Assembly: GCA_045614665.1 (NCBI GenBank)
Contig: JAZLDI010000002.1
Location: 3,366-67,365, forward strand
Source: Candidatus Enterousia sp.
GTDB taxonomy: Bacteria; Pseudomonadota; Alphaproteobacteria; Rs-D84
Direction of reading: 5' to 3'
Length of the DNA stretch: 64,000 bases
This document shows positions 61,842 through 64,000 of the stretch, one piece after another (position 1 is the first letter of the stretch; every line of letters begins with the position of its first letter). The notes under the pieces are model-generated. The model ran no database searches. It saw nothing but the letters and a program-made list of their open reading frames with translations, and was not told the DNA's origin. The position numbers and the translations under genes are program-made.

Positions 61842-61871
61842 TTGTGTTGAATCTTGCTTTTTAGATATAAT
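61842..61871 (+). promoter_or_regulatory. sigma70-type promoter with GANTC after the -35 (fibre gene 6)
   Basis: TTGTGT (61842-61847), 18-nt spacer containing GAATC at 61849-61853, TATAAT (61866-61871). Confidence 0.5.
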
Positions 61872-61917
61872 GCAAAGACAAGAAGAGAGTGGAATTAAAA
61901 TCGGGTGGGGATTTTAG

Positions 61918-63015
61918 ATGTTAAAGCAAAAGTTTGTTTTCGCTGTTTCTTTGGTTGCAATGGTAATGGTTGGTATTGGTACGGCACGCGCGGATATTGC
62001 GTCCACCGTTTATGTTCAGCAGGGGGTTAATTCTGCTAAGACTGCGGCCAATGCAGCGCAGACATCGGCAAATAATGCGAATACGGCGGCGGTTAATGCG
62101 CAAGATTCTGCAGATGCCGCCCAGGAGGCGGCAGATGCGGCCCAGGCATCCGCAGATGCGGCGGCGGCATCGGCCAAGACCGCAAATGATGCAGTCGCGA
62201 CTAAGGTAACGGCCAATGCTGCGATTACTGGTGCGACCAAAGCGAAGATTACATATGATTCTAAGGGTTTGGTAACCGGTGGTGCGGATTTGGCTGCATC
62301 TGATATTCCAACATTGGCGACGTCCAAGATTTCTGGATTGGATACCGCTCTGGCTGCTAAGGAAGTGACATCAAATAAAGTTACGACATTAAGCAGTAGT
62401 TCGACAGATACACAATATCCAAGTGCGAAAGTGGTTTATACTGAATTGGCCAAGAAGCAAAATACTTTGACAATTGATTCTTCGTTAAGTTCAAGCAGTA
62501 CAAATCCGGTTCAGAACAAGGTTATAAATACCGCGCTGGCTGCTAAGGAAGCGTCTGCGAATAAGTTGAAAACAGGTGATACGACGACCATAGGTGATTC
62601 TAATAAAGATACGTTATATCCCACGATTGGTCGTGTAACAGCAGAGATTGATTCTGCTCTTGCTGAAGTGGATAATGATATTGCTGCATTGAATGGTGGC
62701 TTGACGTCGTTGCAGACAACTGTTTCGGGTAAACAAGCAACATTAACGACGTCGAATGTTACGACATCTGGCAATGGTAATGTTGTGACGGCTGTGACGG
62801 CGGCTAATGGTGTGGTTACGGTTACCAAGGGGACATCTTTGGGTTCCTTGGCAACAAAAAGTGCGGTAGCGAGCGGTGATATTACCGATGGAACGATTGC
62901 AACCGCAGATATTGCGAATGCTGCGGTGACGGCCGCGAAGACAAGTGGGGTTATTGGTTATATCCCATCGGGCAGTGCGACGTCTACGACATATGCAACC
63001 ATTTGGGTTCAATAA
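61918..63015 (+). CDS. fibre-family protein 6 (hypothetical exported tail-fibre-like protein)
   Basis: Signal peptide ends ARA. The mature N-terminus is DIASTVYVQQGV, followed by an Ala/Gln/Asp-rich coiled coil. Modules A and B are shared with gene 5 but in the reverse order. C-terminal DGTIATADIANAAVTAAKTSG and the tip TTYATIWVQ. Confidence 0.6.
   Translation: MLKQKFVFAVSLVAMVMVGIGTARADIASTVYVQQGVNSAKTAANAAQTSANNANTAAVNAQDSADAAQEAADAAQASADAAAASAKTANDAVATKVTANAAITGATKAKITYDSKGLVTGGADLAASDIPTLATSKISGLDTALAAKEVTSNKVTTLSSSSTDTQYPSAKVVYTELAKKQNTLTIDSSLSSSSTNPVQNKVINTALAAKEASANKLKTGDTTTIGDSNKDTLYPTIGRVTAEIDSALAEVDNDIAALNGGLTSLQTTVSGKQATLTTSNVTTSGNGNVVTAVTAANGVVTVTKGTSLGSLATKSAVASGDITDGTIATADIANAAVTAAKTSGVIGYIPSGSATSTTYATIWVQ
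62194..62460 (+). repeat. module A in fibre gene 6 (pairs with 61234-61500)
   Basis: Direct sequence comparison, offset 960 bp. Confidence 0.85.
62542..62652 (+). repeat. module B in fibre gene 6 (pairs with 61021-61131)
   Basis: Direct sequence comparison, offset 1521 bp. Confidence 0.8.
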
Positions 63016-63017
63016 AG

Positions 63018-63043
63018 AAATCCCGGCATTTGTCGGGATTTTT
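63018..63043 (+). terminator. rho-independent terminator after fibre gene 6
   Basis: AAATCCCGG...TCGGGATTT hairpin followed by TTT. Confidence 0.6.
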
Positions 63044-63120
63044 ATTATTATATATATGATGTGTTCCCAAGGCGGCTGAATTTTGTATATGATCGGCGGC
63101 ATGGTATAAGATTTTAAAAG

Positions 63121-63148
63121 TTGACATTGTGTAATATTTGTCTATAAT
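63121..63148 (+). promoter_or_regulatory. sigma70-type promoter of the methyltransferase-like gene
   Basis: TTGACA (63121-63126), 16-nt spacer, TATAAT (63143-63148). Confidence 0.55.
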
Positions 63149-63155
63149 TCATGGT

Positions 63156-63968
63156 ATGAAATATGATATTGCACAGGCGCGTTCTTGTTATGATTTGCAT
63201 ACTGGTGATTATGGGGCGGCAAATTTTGCCCAATTTTCGCCGGCCTATGCACAGACCAATGAAGATATTCGTGAAATTTTTTGGGTACTGCAACCAAAGC
63301 CAGGGATGCGGGTTCTGACCGTTGCGGGCAGTGGGGACCAGGCCCTGCATTATGCAATGGCGGGTGCGTCACATATTGATACGTTTGATATTACATTTAA
63401 TGCCAAGATGATGATGGATATCAAAACGTCCGCGATTCAAAAACTGAACAGGGCGGATTATATCAATCTTATCAATTCTACATCGCGTACGCGTAATATT
63501 GCAGATGTGTCTGAATTTCAGCAAATAATAGATTATATGCCGTCCGATACGCGTGATTATATTCGGCAAATGCGTGGTGCACGATTGGTGCGTGGTGGGT
63601 CTTATTTTGAAATGCTTTATAATGATGAATACGCCCGGTTGCGGAAAATAATCAAGGGGCCGTTCAATTTTATATGGACAGATTTGTCGGATTTATCACG
63701 ACATTTGAAAATGGAATATGACCAGATTTATTTATCTAATATTTTGCAATATCGTGCGTGTCCAGAATATGTGACGCCATTGGTATTGGATTTAGCGCGC
63801 TTCTTGAAACCGGGTGGCGTAATGGTGGTGAATGTTGCGCCGTTCTTTGTCGGTGAGGATTTAGAGGTTGCAATGCATCTGAAACAACAAGCGACGGCCC
63901 AGGATGTTGGTACGATCAAGATGATTCATGATCATTTTTTTGATATGTGTGTGTTGCAAAAAAGATAG
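63156..63968 (+). CDS. SAM-dependent methyltransferase-fold protein (DUF3419/BtaA-like), hypothetical
   Basis: VLTVAGSGDQALHYAMAGASHIDTFDITFNAKMMMDIK and YDQIYLSNILQY resemble DUF3419 blocks as I recall them. The track start 63138 lies inside the promoter, so ATG 63156 is the first usable start. Confidence 0.4.
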   Translation: MKYDIAQARSCYDLHTGDYGAANFAQFSPAYAQTNEDIREIFWVLQPKPGMRVLTVAGSGDQALHYAMAGASHIDTFDITFNAKMMMDIKTSAIQKLNRADYINLINSTSRTRNIADVSEFQQIIDYMPSDTRDYIRQMRGARLVRGGSYFEMLYNDEYARLRKIIKGPFNFIWTDLSDLSRHLKMEYDQIYLSNILQYRACPEYVTPLVLDLARFLKPGGVMVVNVAPFFVGEDLEVAMHLKQQATAQDVGTIKMIHDHFFDMCVLQKR

Positions 63969-64000
63969 GGTATAAATCTATTTTTATCTTTTCATTATTT

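Noticed and set aside
61234-62460. Diversity-generating retroelement (template/variable repeat) as the explanation for the 267-bp near-identical repeat in fibre genes 5 and 6.
   Set aside because: The differences between the copies are not adenine-specific; they include T/C, C/G, A/G and G/A changes. Both copies are in-frame internal coding segments rather than a C-terminal variable region plus a non-coding template. No reverse transcriptase gene is in the window.
56721-62828. Many 60-160-aa antisense or off-frame ORFs inside fibre genes 2-6 (for example 56721-57089, 57079-57549, 58956-59333, 60954-61280, 62016-62327, 62511-62828).
   Set aside because: They are shadow ORFs caused by the Ala/Thr/Gly-rich codon bias of the sense frame. 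None has an RBS or an independent promoter, and all are fully nested in longer, better-supported genes.
1-64000. CRISPR arrays, insertion sequences, integrases, prophage structural genes and rRNA operons.
   Set aside because: I looked for regularly spaced direct repeats, transposase/integrase-like ORFs and terminal inverted repeats on both strands and saw none. The only repeats are the hairpin element family, the fibre-gene modules and the short palindromes listed above.

Overview
The window looks like a visibly AT-rich, gene-dense, small Gram-negative chromosome. Gene content (gatCAB, ParE with a GGTDE-type N-terminus, TatBC, LolA, TolB, AsmA, Omp25-like barrels) suggests a host-associated alphaproteobacterium, but that is inference only. 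I saw no rRNA, CRISPR array, transposase or integrase.

Most of the window is housekeeping:
- Fe-S cluster assembly: sufS (3' end), sufT-like, sufE, and separately sufB and sufC.
- Division and envelope: ftsL-like, ftsI, tatB, tatC, an NlpD-like M23 peptidase, lolA, tolB, asmA-like, ftsE, ftsX.
- DNA replication and repair: recJ, an nrnA-like gene, ruvX, dprA, dnaA, parE, uvrC, dnaN.
- Translation and lipid metabolism: miaB, gatC/gatA/gatB, rpsT, efp, rluC-like, plsY, pgsA, plsC, plus dnaJ, ppa and fba.
- Two tRNAs: Lys-CTT and Phe-GAA.

The main observations worth a second look are:
1. An 8.3-kb tandem array of six paralogous Sec-exported proteins (54.8-63.0 kb). They look like phage tail fibres, have a conserved N-terminal base and different C-terminal tips, and share near-identical DNA modules in shuffled order.
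2. A recurrent promoter layout with a GANTC site 1-3 nt after the -35 hexamer. It occurs at three fibre-gene promoters, dnaN and an orphan TcpQ-like/PilN-like secretin operon.
3. A BrnA-like antitoxin gene coupled to a DinD-like gene behind a palindrome-bearing promoter.
4. Two unknown ORFs wedged inside the gatC-gatA operon that carry a cluster of DnaA-box-like 9-mers, plus an antisense tRNA-Phe between gatA and gatB.
5. A conserved long-hairpin repeat family at three gene 3' ends.
6. Isolated accessory genes: an ART-like protein, a VirB2-like pilin, Cys-rich exported proteins, and degenerate SodC-like and Dps-like proteins.

All functional calls rest on motifs I recognised by eye. No database search was run.
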